Assembly (NCBI GenBank): GCA_052055015.1
Contig: JBQJIT010000047.1
Length of the DNA stretch: 41,468 nucleotides
Origin: Malassezia furfur
Taxonomy: Eukaryota
Direction: 5' to 3' (one strand)
Shown here: positions 19,922 through 30,029 of the stretch, piece after piece
Position numbering within the stretch: position 1 is the first letter of the stretch
Layout of the letters: the number at the start of each line of letters is the position of its first letter
Position numbers and translations under genes: made by a program
Notes under the pieces: model-generated
The model's database searches: none
Seen by the model: only the letters and a program-made list of their open reading frames with translations
What the model was told of the DNA's origin: nothing

Positions 19922-22777
19922 ATGAGCGACCCCGAGAGCCCTGTCCGCCGGCGTGCGTCGCGTTTGCTGAGCCACTGGCTTCCGCACAAGTCGCATAGTC
20001 GGACACGCCACAGTGGCCGCGACTCGGACCGTGCCAGTGAGCGCAGTGAGCGCAGCGATCAGCGCGAAGAAGAGCGCGAGCGCAAGCTCGAAGAGCAGCG
20101 CGAGTTTGAGCGCCAGGTGCAGCTGCGCCGCCGCCTGTCCGAAGAGCGCGCCATGCGCGAGGAGACGCCCGAGGAGCGCTCGCGCTACGGCACCAGCACG
20201 CTGTGGGCCGTCGAGGAGCACCCACTCGACGCGATGATCGACCTCGAGACTGCGAACGAGGCGGCGCGCAACGACCCTGCGATGCTCGACCAGCTCGCTG
20301 GTTCGACGCGCCGCTTCCGCGGGCGCATCCATGTGATGCGCCCGCTCGGCCCGCACCTCGTGTTCATGGTGCTGCGCGACCAGAGCATCACGCTGCAGAC
20401 GGTGCTCTCGGAGAAGAAGGGCGGTATGACGACGCACATGATGCACTGGGCGCGCCGGCTGCACACCGAGTCGCTTGTGACGGTGCAGGGTGTGCTGCAG
20501 CGCCCCCACGACGTGATCACGGGGTGCTCCATCACGCACCTCGAGCTGCGCGTGACGCACCTGTACCTCATCTCGGCGACCATTGAGCAGCTGCCGTTCA
20601 GCGTGTACGCGGCGGAGCGCAGCTCGTGCCACGCGCTCGAGGAGCATGCGGACCTCGACAAGGACAGTGCAGACCACTCCAGCACGGACCACACGAGCGA
20701 GCGCGACATGGACCACGGCCCGATCATTACGATGCGTACGCGGCTCAACAACCGCCTGGTGGACCTGCGCACGCCCACGGCGCAGGCCATCTTCCGCGTG
20801 CAGTCGGCTGTGTGCACGGCGTTCCGGCAGTACCTCATGGGACAGAGCTTCATCGAGATCCACACGCCCAAGCTGCAGGGCGGCGCCTCGGAGAGTGGCT
20901 CGAGCGTGTTCCAGGTGGGCTACTTTGGGCGCTCGGCGTTCCTGGCGCAGAGCCCGCAGCTGTACAAGCAGATGTGCATCGCCGCGGACATGAAGCGCGT
21001 GTTTGAGATCGGGCCCGTGTTCCGCGCCGAGAACAGCAACACGGCGCGCCACATGACCGAGTACACCGGTCTGGATCTCGAGATGGAGGTGAACCACTAC
21101 TACGATGCGATGCGCGTCATCGACGGCATGCTCAAGCACATCTTCACCGTGCTCAAGACCGAGTGCGGCGACCTTGTCAACACCGTGCGCCAGGCGTTCC
21201 CGAGCGGCGAGCTCGTCTGGCTCGAAGAGACGCTCGTGCTGCCCTTCCCGGAGGGCGTGCGCATGCTCCGCGAGGCCGGCTACCGCGAGGAGGACGGCAG
21301 CGAGCCGAGCGAGTTTGAGGACCTCGCGACGCGCGCCGAGGTGCGCCTCGGCCAGCTCGTCAAGGAGAAGTTCGGCACGGACTACTACATCCTCGACAAG
21401 TTCCCCGCGGCCGCTCGTCCCTTTTACACGCTGCCGGACGAGCACGACTCGCGCCGCACCAACTCGTTCGACATCTTTGTGCGCGGCCAGGAGATCTGCA
21501 CGGGTGGCCAGCGTATCCACAACGCAGAGGTGCTCGAGGACCGCATCCGCGAGCTCGGCATCGATGCGCACAGCCTCGAGGAGTACCTCGAGGGCTTCCG
21601 CCTCGGCGCGCCGCCGCACGCGGGCTGCGGTATTGGTCTCGAGCGCTTCGTGATGCTCTACCTCAACCTGGACGACATTCGCCTCGCCTCGCTCTTCTAC
21701 CGCGACCCCAAGAGCTTCGCGGTGAAGAAGCGCACCGAGCTCCGCCACCCGGAGGCGAGCACCCACCCGCCGCCATGGCGCCACCGCCAGGACCCCCACG
21801 CACCCGCGGAACTCGACTCGCTGCAGCCGCTCGTGAAGCTGATCGCCAACTACGGCGACTCGTCCAATACCTCTTGGCTCGACGACCGCTTCAAGGTGTG
21901 GCGCGACGAGGAGACGGGCGCCGCGCAGGGCTACTCGGTGCGCCGCAGCTACGCACTGATCGTCGGCAACCCGCTGTGCGACGCGTCGCAATACTCGCGC
22001 GTGATCACGCGCTTCCTGCAATACCTCAAGCACAAGTCGCTCTATCCCGTCTGGCTCATGGCCGGCGAGCCCGTGGAGCAGATCCTCGGCGGCCGCCAGG
22101 GCTGGTGCACGCTCACCTGCACGGCCGACCAGCGCCTGCCGGACGTCAGCAAGAACGACGCGCGCCACGACCCGGAGACGCAGCGCAAGATCCGCCACGC
22201 ACACAAGGTCGGCGTCACCGTGCAAGAGGTGCCGCTCGTCCAAGAGGTGCCGAAAGACGTCATCGAGGAGTGCAACGAGCGGATCAAGGCGTGGCAGGCG
22301 AGCCGCAAGGGCACCCAGGTGCACCTCACCGACGTGCACCCGTGGGTCGACCAGGAACACCGCAGCTACTTTATCGCCCGCGACGAGAACAAGACGGTGT
22401 GCTGCATGGTGGTCCTGGCGCAGCTCTCGCCGGAACACGGGTACCAGGTGAAGTGGGCCATGAGCTTCCCGGACGCGCCGTCGGGCGCGATCGAGCTCAC
22501 CATCTTCAAGGCGCTCGACTCGATCGGGTCGTCCCCGGCCACGTTTGGCACCGCCGCGACACCCAAGCTGCGCGCTGTGTACGGCCTGAGCGGTATCGCG
22601 TTCAAGGTGCTCTCGCGCATCTACGAGAATGTCGTGGAACGTACACACCTGCTCAACAAGGGCGAGTTCCGCGAAAAACTCGGTACGATCAACGACCCAA
22701 CGTACGTGTGCTACCCCAAGGGCGGCCTGTCGATGCTCGGCGTGCGCGACATTATCGACTTCTTCCGCGACCAGTAA
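19922..22777 (+). CDS. erdS: Aspartyl-tRNA synthetase-DUF2156 fusion; ergosteryl-3beta-O-L-aspartate synthase
   Basis: OB-fold, FIEIHTPKL, AQSPQLYKQ, FRAENSNTARH and GCGIGLERF (AspRS), followed by about 300 aa of DUF2156-like transferase (NYGDSSNTSWLD, IVGNPLC, YQVKWAMSFPDAPSGAIE, FREKLG). First ATG at 19922. Confidence 0.88.
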   Translation: MSDPESPVRRRASRLLSHWLPHKSHSRTRHSGRDSDRASERSERSDQREEERERKLEEQREFERQVQLRRRLSEERAMREETPEERSRYGTSTLWAVEEHPLDAMIDLETANEAARNDPAMLDQLAGSTRRFRGRIHVMRPLGPHLVFMVLRDQSITLQTVLSEKKGGMTTHMMHWARRLHTESLVTVQGVLQRPHDVITGCSITHLELRVTHLYLISATIEQLPFSVYAAERSSCHALEEHADLDKDSADHSSTDHTSERDMDHGPIITMRTRLNNRLVDLRTPTAQAIFRVQSAVCTAFRQYLMGQSFIEIHTPKLQGGASESGSSVFQVGYFGRSAFLAQSPQLYKQMCIAADMKRVFEIGPVFRAENSNTARHMTEYTGLDLEMEVNHYYDAMRVIDGMLKHIFTVLKTECGDLVNTVRQAFPSGELVWLEETLVLPFPEGVRMLREAGYREEDGSEPSEFEDLATRAEVRLGQLVKEKFGTDYYILDKFPAAARPFYTLPDEHDSRRTNSFDIFVRGQEICTGGQRIHNAEVLEDRIRELGIDAHSLEEYLEGFRLGAPPHAGCGIGLERFVMLYLNLDDIRLASLFYRDPKSFAVKKRTELRHPEASTHPPPWRHRQDPHAPAELDSLQPLVKLIANYGDSSNTSWLDDRFKVWRDEETGAAQGYSVRRSYALIVGNPLCDASQYSRVITRFLQYLKHKSLYPVWLMAGEPVEQILGGRQGWCTLTCTADQRLPDVSKNDARHDPETQRKIRHAHKVGVTVQEVPLVQEVPKDVIEECNERIKAWQASRKGTQVHLTDVHPWVDQEHRSYFIARDENKTVCCMVVLAQLSPEHGYQVKWAMSFPDAPSGAIELTIFKALDSIGSSPATFGTAATPKLRAVYGLSGIAFKVLSRIYENVVERTHLLNKGEFREKLGTINDPTYVCYPKGGLSMLGVRDIIDFFRDQ

Positions 22778-22832
22778 GCCACGTGCGCTGGGGAAGCAAT
22801 TCGCCGCGCACCCGGGACGCACCCGCCTCCAC

Positions 22833-23871
22833 ATGACGCCCTCCATCTTGGTCGTGGGGGCCGGTGCGGTCGGCGCGTTCTATGCAAGCCGCTTTGATCG
22901 GGTACGTAGCCATGCCAGGGCCATTCCTTATATAGCAATCGGCGCATGTCGCCCTGGTATGCCGCTCGAACTATGACGCCGTGAAACGCGATGGATTCTC
23001 CATGAAGACGCACAGCTTTGGAGACTACACCTTCTCTCCGGACGCCGTATATGCGTCGGTGGACGAGGCGCGCGACCAGCCGTGGGACTACGTCGTCGTC
23101 GCGACCAAGGCACTCAACCTCACTACGGACGCCGCCTCGTTCATCGCGCCTGTCGTCTCGGAGCGCACGACCATCGTCCTGATCCAGAACGGGCTGGACG
23201 TCGAGGCACCGTACCGCGAGCGCTTCCCGGACGCCCCGATCGTGTCGGCCATCACGATCAGCAGCATCGAGCTCACCCAGCCGTCCGAGGTCGTGCAGTA
23301 CCGCTGGACCCGCATCTCGCTTGGACCATACACGGACCGCTACGGCCACGCCAACGACGACGCACAGCGCCGCCTGTGCGAGCGCGGAACGGCCAGCAGC
23401 ACCGAGCTCGCCGAGATCTGGCAGCGCGGCGGCATCCGCGACACCGAGACCTACGATGCACTCGGCATCCAGCTCGTCCGCTGGCACAAACTCAGCATCA
23501 ACGCCTCGATGAACGTCTCGGGCGTGCTCGCGGGGTGCCTCGGAAACGACGCCATGACGCAGGACCCGTTCCTGCGCGACCACCTCGAGGCGTGCATGCA
23601 CGAGGTGCTTGATGCCACCCCGAAAATCTACGGCGTGCCGCTCCCGGATAAGTTTGCGACGCCCGAGGCCATCATCCGCAGCACCGAGCGCAACAAGAAC
23701 AGCCGCTCAAGCATGGTCCAGGACTGGCTCGCGCATCGCCCGATCGAGCTGCAGGCCATCCTCGGCAACGGGCTCCGCGTCGCTCAGGAGCACGGCGTTG
23801 TCATGCCGCGCCTTGCGACCATGTACGCGCTGCTGCAAAGTGCCTTCCAAGTTCACATGGCTGCTACGTAG
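22833..23871 (+). CDS. Ketopantoate reductase (ApbA/PanE)-family oxidoreductase (intron 22902-22935)
   Basis: ILVVGAGAVG, DYVVVATKAL, LIQNGL, RWHKLSINAS and SSMVQD motifs; 335 codons. Confidence 0.88.
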
Positions 23872-23940
23872 GATTGGATAGCGTGCACAGCAAGGAGTCT
23901 TCTTGATGCGACATGCGAAGGGGCCCAGGCCCAAGCGCCC

Positions 23941-24122
23941 TTACTTCTTGCCCTTCAGCTTCTCGATCGCCGCCTTCTTGGCCGCAGCCTCCTCACGCTG
24001 CTTCTTCTGGAAGGCAAGGTCCTGCACGATCAGCACACACTGCCTACATCCTCGTCCAGCTCCTTGGTCTGCTTCTTGGCCTGCTTAAGAGGCTTCAGCT
24101 TGCCGCCCTGGCGTCCCGACAT
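23941..24122 (-). CDS. TMA7: Translation machinery-associated protein 7, C-terminally short (intron 24022-24047)
   Basis: [51 protein letters not shown]; 52 codons. Confidence 0.88.
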
Positions 24123-24333
24123 GGCGCGTCTGTTGCGTGGTGGCGACAACCCGCACGCACAGCTGACTAAACATAAGCGTAACCGCAAGGGTGCTAGGAA
24201 ACCGCAGGGTCGCGGCCGTGGCGCGGCCACCGCGCGGCTGGGCCAGCCGGTGGGGGCCGCATGCGTCCCTACACGGAGGGCCATCGCGACCTCATCGCTG
24301 TAGGCCTCGTTCGTCGCCTGCCCTAGCGCGACG

Positions 24334-25217
24334 ATGCCCGCTGTGTCGCAAGACGGCAAGCAACGCCGGTCCCCTCGCACTGCGCCTGGCAAAGCGGCCG
24401 GGAACGAAATGCCCCGCCGACGACGCGCTTGCCCCCCGAACCGCAAGACGGACCATTCGGTGATTGAGCGCCGGCGCCGCGAGAAAATCAACGACCGTCT
24501 CCTCCATCTCCAGCGGCTCGTGCCGGCGTGCCGCGCACAGGCGGCCGAGCACTTCCAGCGCAAGGCCCAGGATCCAGACGACGGACGCATGGATACCGAC
24601 CTGGTGCTCGAAAAGCTGTGCATCATCTCTCATACGGTCGGTATGTGGCGTGGCGTCTTACCCCAGACTATGTCGAGCAGCTCCAGACACAGCTCGAGGC
24701 CTACCGCGCCCAGTGCCAGTGCGAGCCGAGCATTCCCGAGCCAAAAGGAAATAGCGACGAGCACGTCGCCTTTGCACACGACGGAATACATGGGTGCTCG
24801 TCGCGCCGCACCTCACGCACATCGAGCACAAGCCCCGAGCCGAAGCCGGCGGCGGACGCCGACGCGGGGCCGGACGACCCGCCGCTCGACGACGTCCACG
24901 AGGCGGACCCATGTGCCGAGTGCATGCCAGCGCCTCCTTTGGTCGTGTCATCCGGTGCGCCAGCGGTCTTGCCGCATTGGCACTACACGGTATGGGACGC
25001 GCCCGACGCGTACACTGCGTCGTGTGCGCATTGGCACACGCCGCGTGCAGTGCCGTACGCTGGCCATAGAGACGCGGTGTGGCACAGGCCGTGGCACCGC
25101 GCCTATTGTATGTGCCCCACGACGGGTGCCAAGGATGCGCGGCGCCGCAGCCTGGGTGCCGCGCGCCTCGCGCACCCCCACGCGCGGCCCCCCGCCGCGG
25201 TGCGGGGGCCGCGGTAA
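24334..25217 (+). CDS. bHLH transcription factor (intron 24641-24666)
   Basis: Basic region RKTDHSVIERRRREKINDRL, helix 2 LEKLCIISHTVDYVEQL after splicing; 286 codons. Confidence 0.85.
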
Positions 25218-25257
25218 CAGGGTGGAGGCCGTGCGCACGCCGTAGCGAAGAAAAACG

Positions 25258-26990
25258 ATGTGGAGCTTGCAGGGCCGCGCCGGCGGCGCGTCGTGGGCGC
25301 GTGCGGTGAGCGCCGCGGTTGGGGGCCGGCGGTGGGTATCGAACAAGCCGTACTATGTGACGACGCCCATCTTTTATGTGAACGCTGAGCCGCATATCGG
25401 GCACCTGCACTCGGACGTGCTTGCCGACGTGCTGTGCCGCTACCAATCGCTGCGTACCGGCGGATGGTCGCGCAACGCGGACGGCGTGTACCCGCCGCCA
25501 ACGCGTGCACAGCTCGCCACGGGCACCGACGAGCATGGGATGAAGGTGCAGCGCGTCGCCGAGTCGCAGAACGTGTCGCCGCGCGCGTTGTGTGACCGCG
25601 TGAGCCAGCGCTTCCAGGCACTCGCCGACGAGGCCAACATTGCGTACACGCGGTTCATCCGCACCACGGACGCGGACCATTCCGTGGCCGTCACAGCCTT
25701 TTGGGTACGTCGCACGCCCCCGGACTCACCCAGCAAACGCTCGTGGACCGCGGATACGTGTACCTCGGCAAGCACGAGGGGTGGTACGCCGTGTCCGACG
25801 AGGCGTTCTACCCCGACGCGCAGGTGCAGCAGGTCACGCGCAACGGCGAGACCTGGCACGAAAGCATCGAGACGGGCCAGCGCGTCGAGTGGACCGCGGA
25901 GACGAACTACAAGTTCCGGCTGTCGGCGTTCCAGGCGCCGCTGCTCGCGTGGCTCGAGGCGAACCCGCGTGCGGTGCAGCCGCGCGGGATGTACGAGCGG
26001 GTGCTGAGCGAGGTGCGCGAGGGCCTGAGCGATCTGTCGATCTCGCGTCCCCGCGCGCGCCTGCACTGGGGCATCCCCGTGCCGAACGACGCAGAGCACA
26101 CCATGTATGTGTGGGTGGACGCCCTGATCAACTACCTCACGGCCGTGGGGTACGCGGGCGGCGCCCCCCCGCCCGCGTGGCCGGCGGATGTGCATGTGGT
26201 CGGCAAGGACATTGTGCGCTTCCACGCGATTTACTGGCCGGCGCTGCTGATGGCCGCGGGGCTGCCGTTACCGCGCACGGTCGTGGCGCATGCACACTGG
26301 ACCGTGGAGCGGTCCAAGATGTCCAAGTCGCGCGGCAACTCGGTAAACCCGTTCGAGGCACTTGCCAAGTACGGCACAGATACCATCCGGTGCTTCCTGA
26401 TGCGCGCAGGGGGCAATATCTCGTCGGACGCCGATTACTCCGAGGCGCAGCTGCAGGAGTTCCAGCGCAAGTACCTGCAGGGCCAGCTGGGCAACCTGCT
26501 CTCGCGAGTGCTCGCGCCCAAGATCCAGGCGCGGCTCGTGGCGCATGCGGCATCCGACGCGGCGCTCGCCGCGCCGCAGCTCGTCGAGGACGATGTGGCA
26601 CTCACGTCGGCCATCGCCGCGCTGCCCTCGCGCTTCGATGCGCACATGGACGCGTTTGAGCTGAGCCGCGCGCTGCAGGCCGTGTTCGAGGTGCTGGCGC
26701 TCACGAATGAGTACGTGCAGCGTGCCGCGCCGTGGTCGCCCGCGACGCCCGTGGACGGCGTGCACCGCGCCGTGCACCTCGCGTGCGAGGCACTGCGTGT
26801 GAGCGGCGTGCTGCTGCAGGCGATCATGCCCGACGCCATGACGCGCCTGCTCGACGCGCTGCAGGTCGCGCCCGCCGAGCGCACGTTTGCGGCGCTCCTC
26901 GGCGCAAACGGCGTGTGGACGACGCGCACACACACGCCGGTGCGCGCGGGGGCGGCCAAGATTGCGCCCTTGTTTCCTCGCGTCCCATAG
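25258..26990 (+). CDS. MSM1: Mitochondrial methionyl-tRNA synthetase (intron 25705-25733)
   Basis: Presequence-like N-terminus, YVTTPIFYVNAEPHIGH, TGTDEHG, GKDIVRFH, KMSKS; 568 codons. Confidence 0.93.
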
Positions 26991-26991
26991 T

Positions 26992-27841
26992 CTATGCCAC
27001 TACACATCCGTGCGCCGCCATCTTCTTCTCCCCAGTCATGTACACGACCAAACGCCCCGTCTTGGTGCTGAGCTCGAGCACGTCGCCGCGCTTGCCGTTG
27101 CCCGTCATCCACGCGGGCAGGTCGGGGTCTGCCACCAGCTTGATCGTGCCGTGGCGCTTGTTCTGCTCGGCGTCGAGCCGCTTGGCATGCGAAGACACCT
27201 CGGGCGACATGTGGAACGTGCCCGTCTCGACACGCCACGAGAGCATGCCGTTGAAGGAGCGGGGGATCGCAACCGTCACTGGGTGAGTGGCGCAACGTAC
27301 CATTGCCTGCTGTCGACTTGCAGCGGATGTGCAGCGGGCGGCGCCCGACGTACTGTGGCACATTGACTGTGACCGAGTTGCTGACGCTCTTGGCGCTCAC
27401 AAACACGGTGTTCTTGCGCATTGACTCGGCGAGTGAGTTGGGGGTGAGCGTTGGTGCACTGCTGCCCGCGGGCGTCGACAGCTGCCCGGGCTGGGGCGTG
27501 TACGGCGTGATCGATCCGCCCTGGCCGTGCAGAATGTTGACGGTGACGTTAATGGGGCTCGAGCGCGTCTTGAACATGGCGCTCGCCGCATTGTCCTGCA
27601 CGACCTCAGGGAGCGGCATGTCGAAGAGCGGGGGTGAAACGTCGGGCAAGCTCGCGCCAATCGTGTACAGTCCCTTGATCGAGGCACTCGGCCAGTCGAT
27701 GAACAGGTGGCGCACGGGCTGCTCGCTATCTTCGTTCATATAGGCCCGAACCTGGGCGTCGTCGGCGTCGGGCGGCACCTCGTCGCTGGGCGCCTCGTTC
27801 GGCATCAACATCGAGCGGCGGTGCGCTGCGGTGCTCGACAT
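26992..27841 (-). CDS. Uncharacterised beta-rich basidiomycete-type protein with C-terminal CAAX (intron 27279-27300)
   Basis: ORFs 26435..27841 and 26992..27363 join through a 22-nt intron to 276 codons, ending KKMAAHGCVVA. Confidence 0.7.
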
Positions 27842-27958
27842 CGTCGTCAGTCAGGGCGGCCGCACGGTGCTGTACGCCCACGAAATTGTAAAGCCCGCGC
27901 GAATTCCGACAGGGCGCCCACGACCAATCACATTCCACCGGCCTCCGCGGCGAAGACG

Positions 27959-29278
27959 ATGACCGCACCGCCGCTCGCCCTAAGTGTGTGGGGTCGCGCC
28001 GAAGCGCTCCCTAGCCTGGAGCCTGGGTCGCTGTACGCCAGCGCCCTGCTCCAGCTTGCCTTGGCGCCCGGCCATGCCCTCTACACGCTCGCCCCGCGCG
28101 GCTGGCCACACCCTGACACGGTGCCTTGCCTGTACGCCGTGCAGGCGCACCAGGACGAGCTGCTCGTCGGCGACCCGCTCGCAACCACGCCAGACGCAAT
28201 CCGCGACTACCTGCGCGAGCACTCGCCGCTCGACGCGCCCCTGCGCGACACACCGCTCGCCGCCGCCCGCGCACAGGCGACCCAGGCGATCCTCGACGAC
28301 GCGCTCGCCGACCTCGTGCTGCATACCCTCTTTTCCCTGCCGCCCAACTTCCAGCAGGTGACCGCGTCGGCGCTCGCTCCCCCACGCACGCGCGTCCTGC
28401 CGTCGTCGCTGCCGCGCCGCCTGCGCGCGGCGGTACGCGCCCGCCTCGAAAGCCCCGCACTCCAGCTGTGGGGGCTCGGCGGCTCCTGGGAGCGCCAGGA
28501 ACGCGAAGACGCCCGCCGCTGGAACACCACCGCAGGGCTCGCCGAGGCACGCGACCCCGCCGCACACCTTCCCGCCTCGGGCGTGCACCTCCGCCCGGCA
28601 CTCACCGGCGACGTCAAGGAGCAATGGGAGCGCTCGCGCATCGCTGCGCGGGCACGCGAGCTCTTCCTGTCGCTGCGCGCGATGCTTGGCTCGGGCCCGT
28701 TCTTGCTGGGATGCATGCAGCCCACGTCCGTGGACGCGCGACTCTACTCGCTGCTTGCGCCGCTGCTCCTCGGCGCGGCGCTGCCAATCGACGTGCTGCC
28801 GGCGCTGCTGCGCGACGAGTTCCCAGAGCTCGTGGAGCACACGCAGCGCATGCACCAGCACCTTTGGTCGACCGCGGGCAAGGAGGCCTGGGCATGGCAC
28901 CGCACGCCCGCCCTCTACGCCGAGCCCTCCTTCTCGCTGCAGCCGCTCTGGCACGCCCTCAACCCGCGCAACTGGTTTGCCGGCAGTGCGCGCGAGCCAG
29001 AGCATCTGCCGCCCACGCTGCGGTACGGCCGCTGGGCGTTCTACCTGTGGGCCATCCTGGGGCCCATTGCCTACGTCGCGCTCACGGGGCTCGTTACGAT
29101 CGAGTACGCGGACCCGGACGAGGACGAAATCGTGGAGCCCGTCGAGGACGACGACGGCCTCGATGACGAAGACGGAGAAGTCATCGACGACGACGAAGAC
29201 GACGCGTACCTCGACGACAATGCACAAGAGATGGGCACACTCGACCCTATGGAGTTTGTAGACGAGGACGACGAGTAG
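27959..29278 (+). CDS. Metaxin/Sam37-like mitochondrial outer-membrane protein
   Basis: N-terminal LSVWG...LPSLEPGSL, GST-C-like FLLG..PTSVDA.LY, C-terminal TM and acidic tail. Confidence 0.75.
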   Translation: MTAPPLALSVWGRAEALPSLEPGSLYASALLQLALAPGHALYTLAPRGWPHPDTVPCLYAVQAHQDELLVGDPLATTPDAIRDYLREHSPLDAPLRDTPLAAARAQATQAILDDALADLVLHTLFSLPPNFQQVTASALAPPRTRVLPSSLPRRLRAAVRARLESPALQLWGLGGSWERQEREDARRWNTTAGLAEARDPAAHLPASGVHLRPALTGDVKEQWERSRIAARARELFLSLRAMLGSGPFLLGCMQPTSVDARLYSLLAPLLLGAALPIDVLPALLRDEFPELVEHTQRMHQHLWSTAGKEAWAWHRTPALYAEPSFSLQPLWHALNPRNWFAGSAREPEHLPPTLRYGRWAFYLWAILGPIAYVALTGLVTIEYADPDEDEIVEPVEDDDGLDDEDGEVIDDDEDDAYLDDNAQEMGTLDPMEFVDEDDE

Positions 29279-29284
29279 ACACGG

Positions 29285-29961
29285 CTATTTCTTCTTGCGC
29301 GGCGTCGGTGCGTCGCTGCTCTTGCGCTTCTTCTTTTCACTCTTGGGCGCGCGCGTCTCGGCTCGTGCGCCGGCAGGGATGCTGCGTGAGTGAGTAGAGC
29401 CACGTACAACTGGCCCTTCAAACGGTCCCACGGCTGCACATGCGCCTGGTGCGGCACGGCGTGCACGGGCGCCTCGGGCTCGCTCCGTGGCGCGCGGCGC
29501 GCCATATACATGCGGCGGTGCAGCCGCTTCGGCGCCACCTTGAGCGTATTGTGCGACGTGGGCAGCAGCGGCACGATGCCGTTCAGGTCCGTCGCGATGC
29601 CGACGCCGCGCTCCTCGGCAAAGTAGTTGTCGTCGACAAACACATCGGCCTTCTCGCCGCCGGCCATATCGATCAGCTGTGCACTGTTGTCGGTGCGTGC
29701 ATCTGTACGCCGCGTAGATGCGACAAACAGGTCGTATGTGTCGTTGCCAACGTCGACGGACGCGAGCGACGTCCGCGATGTGCTCTGCAGCGCGTCGAGC
29801 GACAGCGTAACGCCATCAAGCTTGCGCACATCGATCTCGTCGGGCACGCGGATCACCCACAGCTCTGTATCATCACCGTCCATCTCCGGCACCTGGCTGC
29901 GCCGGTAGCCGACGGGCGGCACAAACGGCGCGTCGGACGCCGTACCTGCAGACTGCGCCAT
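29285..29961 (-). CDS. RPA34: RNA polymerase I subunit RPA34/A34.5-like (intron 29382-29407)
   Basis: PPVGY, ELWVIRVP, LKGQFIPAG after splicing, Lys-rich tail ...SEKKKRK...RKKK; 217 codons. Confidence 0.7.
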
Positions 29962-30029
29962 GGCCCTTGCAAAAGAAACGACCGGCCGGAAAATTCGGCT
30001 GAGTCAGCTTCGTCCCACCCCACACTACC

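Noticed and set aside
19841..22846. 1001-aa antisense ORF covering the whole erdS gene
   Set aside because: It is the mirror frame of a high-GC3 gene with no recognisable motifs. Similar shadow ORFs occur opposite many genes in this window.
19922..26990. Two aminoacyl-tRNA synthetase-domain genes close together as a biosynthetic cluster
   Set aside because: The second is an ordinary mitochondrial MetRS. No NRPS, PKS or tailoring genes are present.
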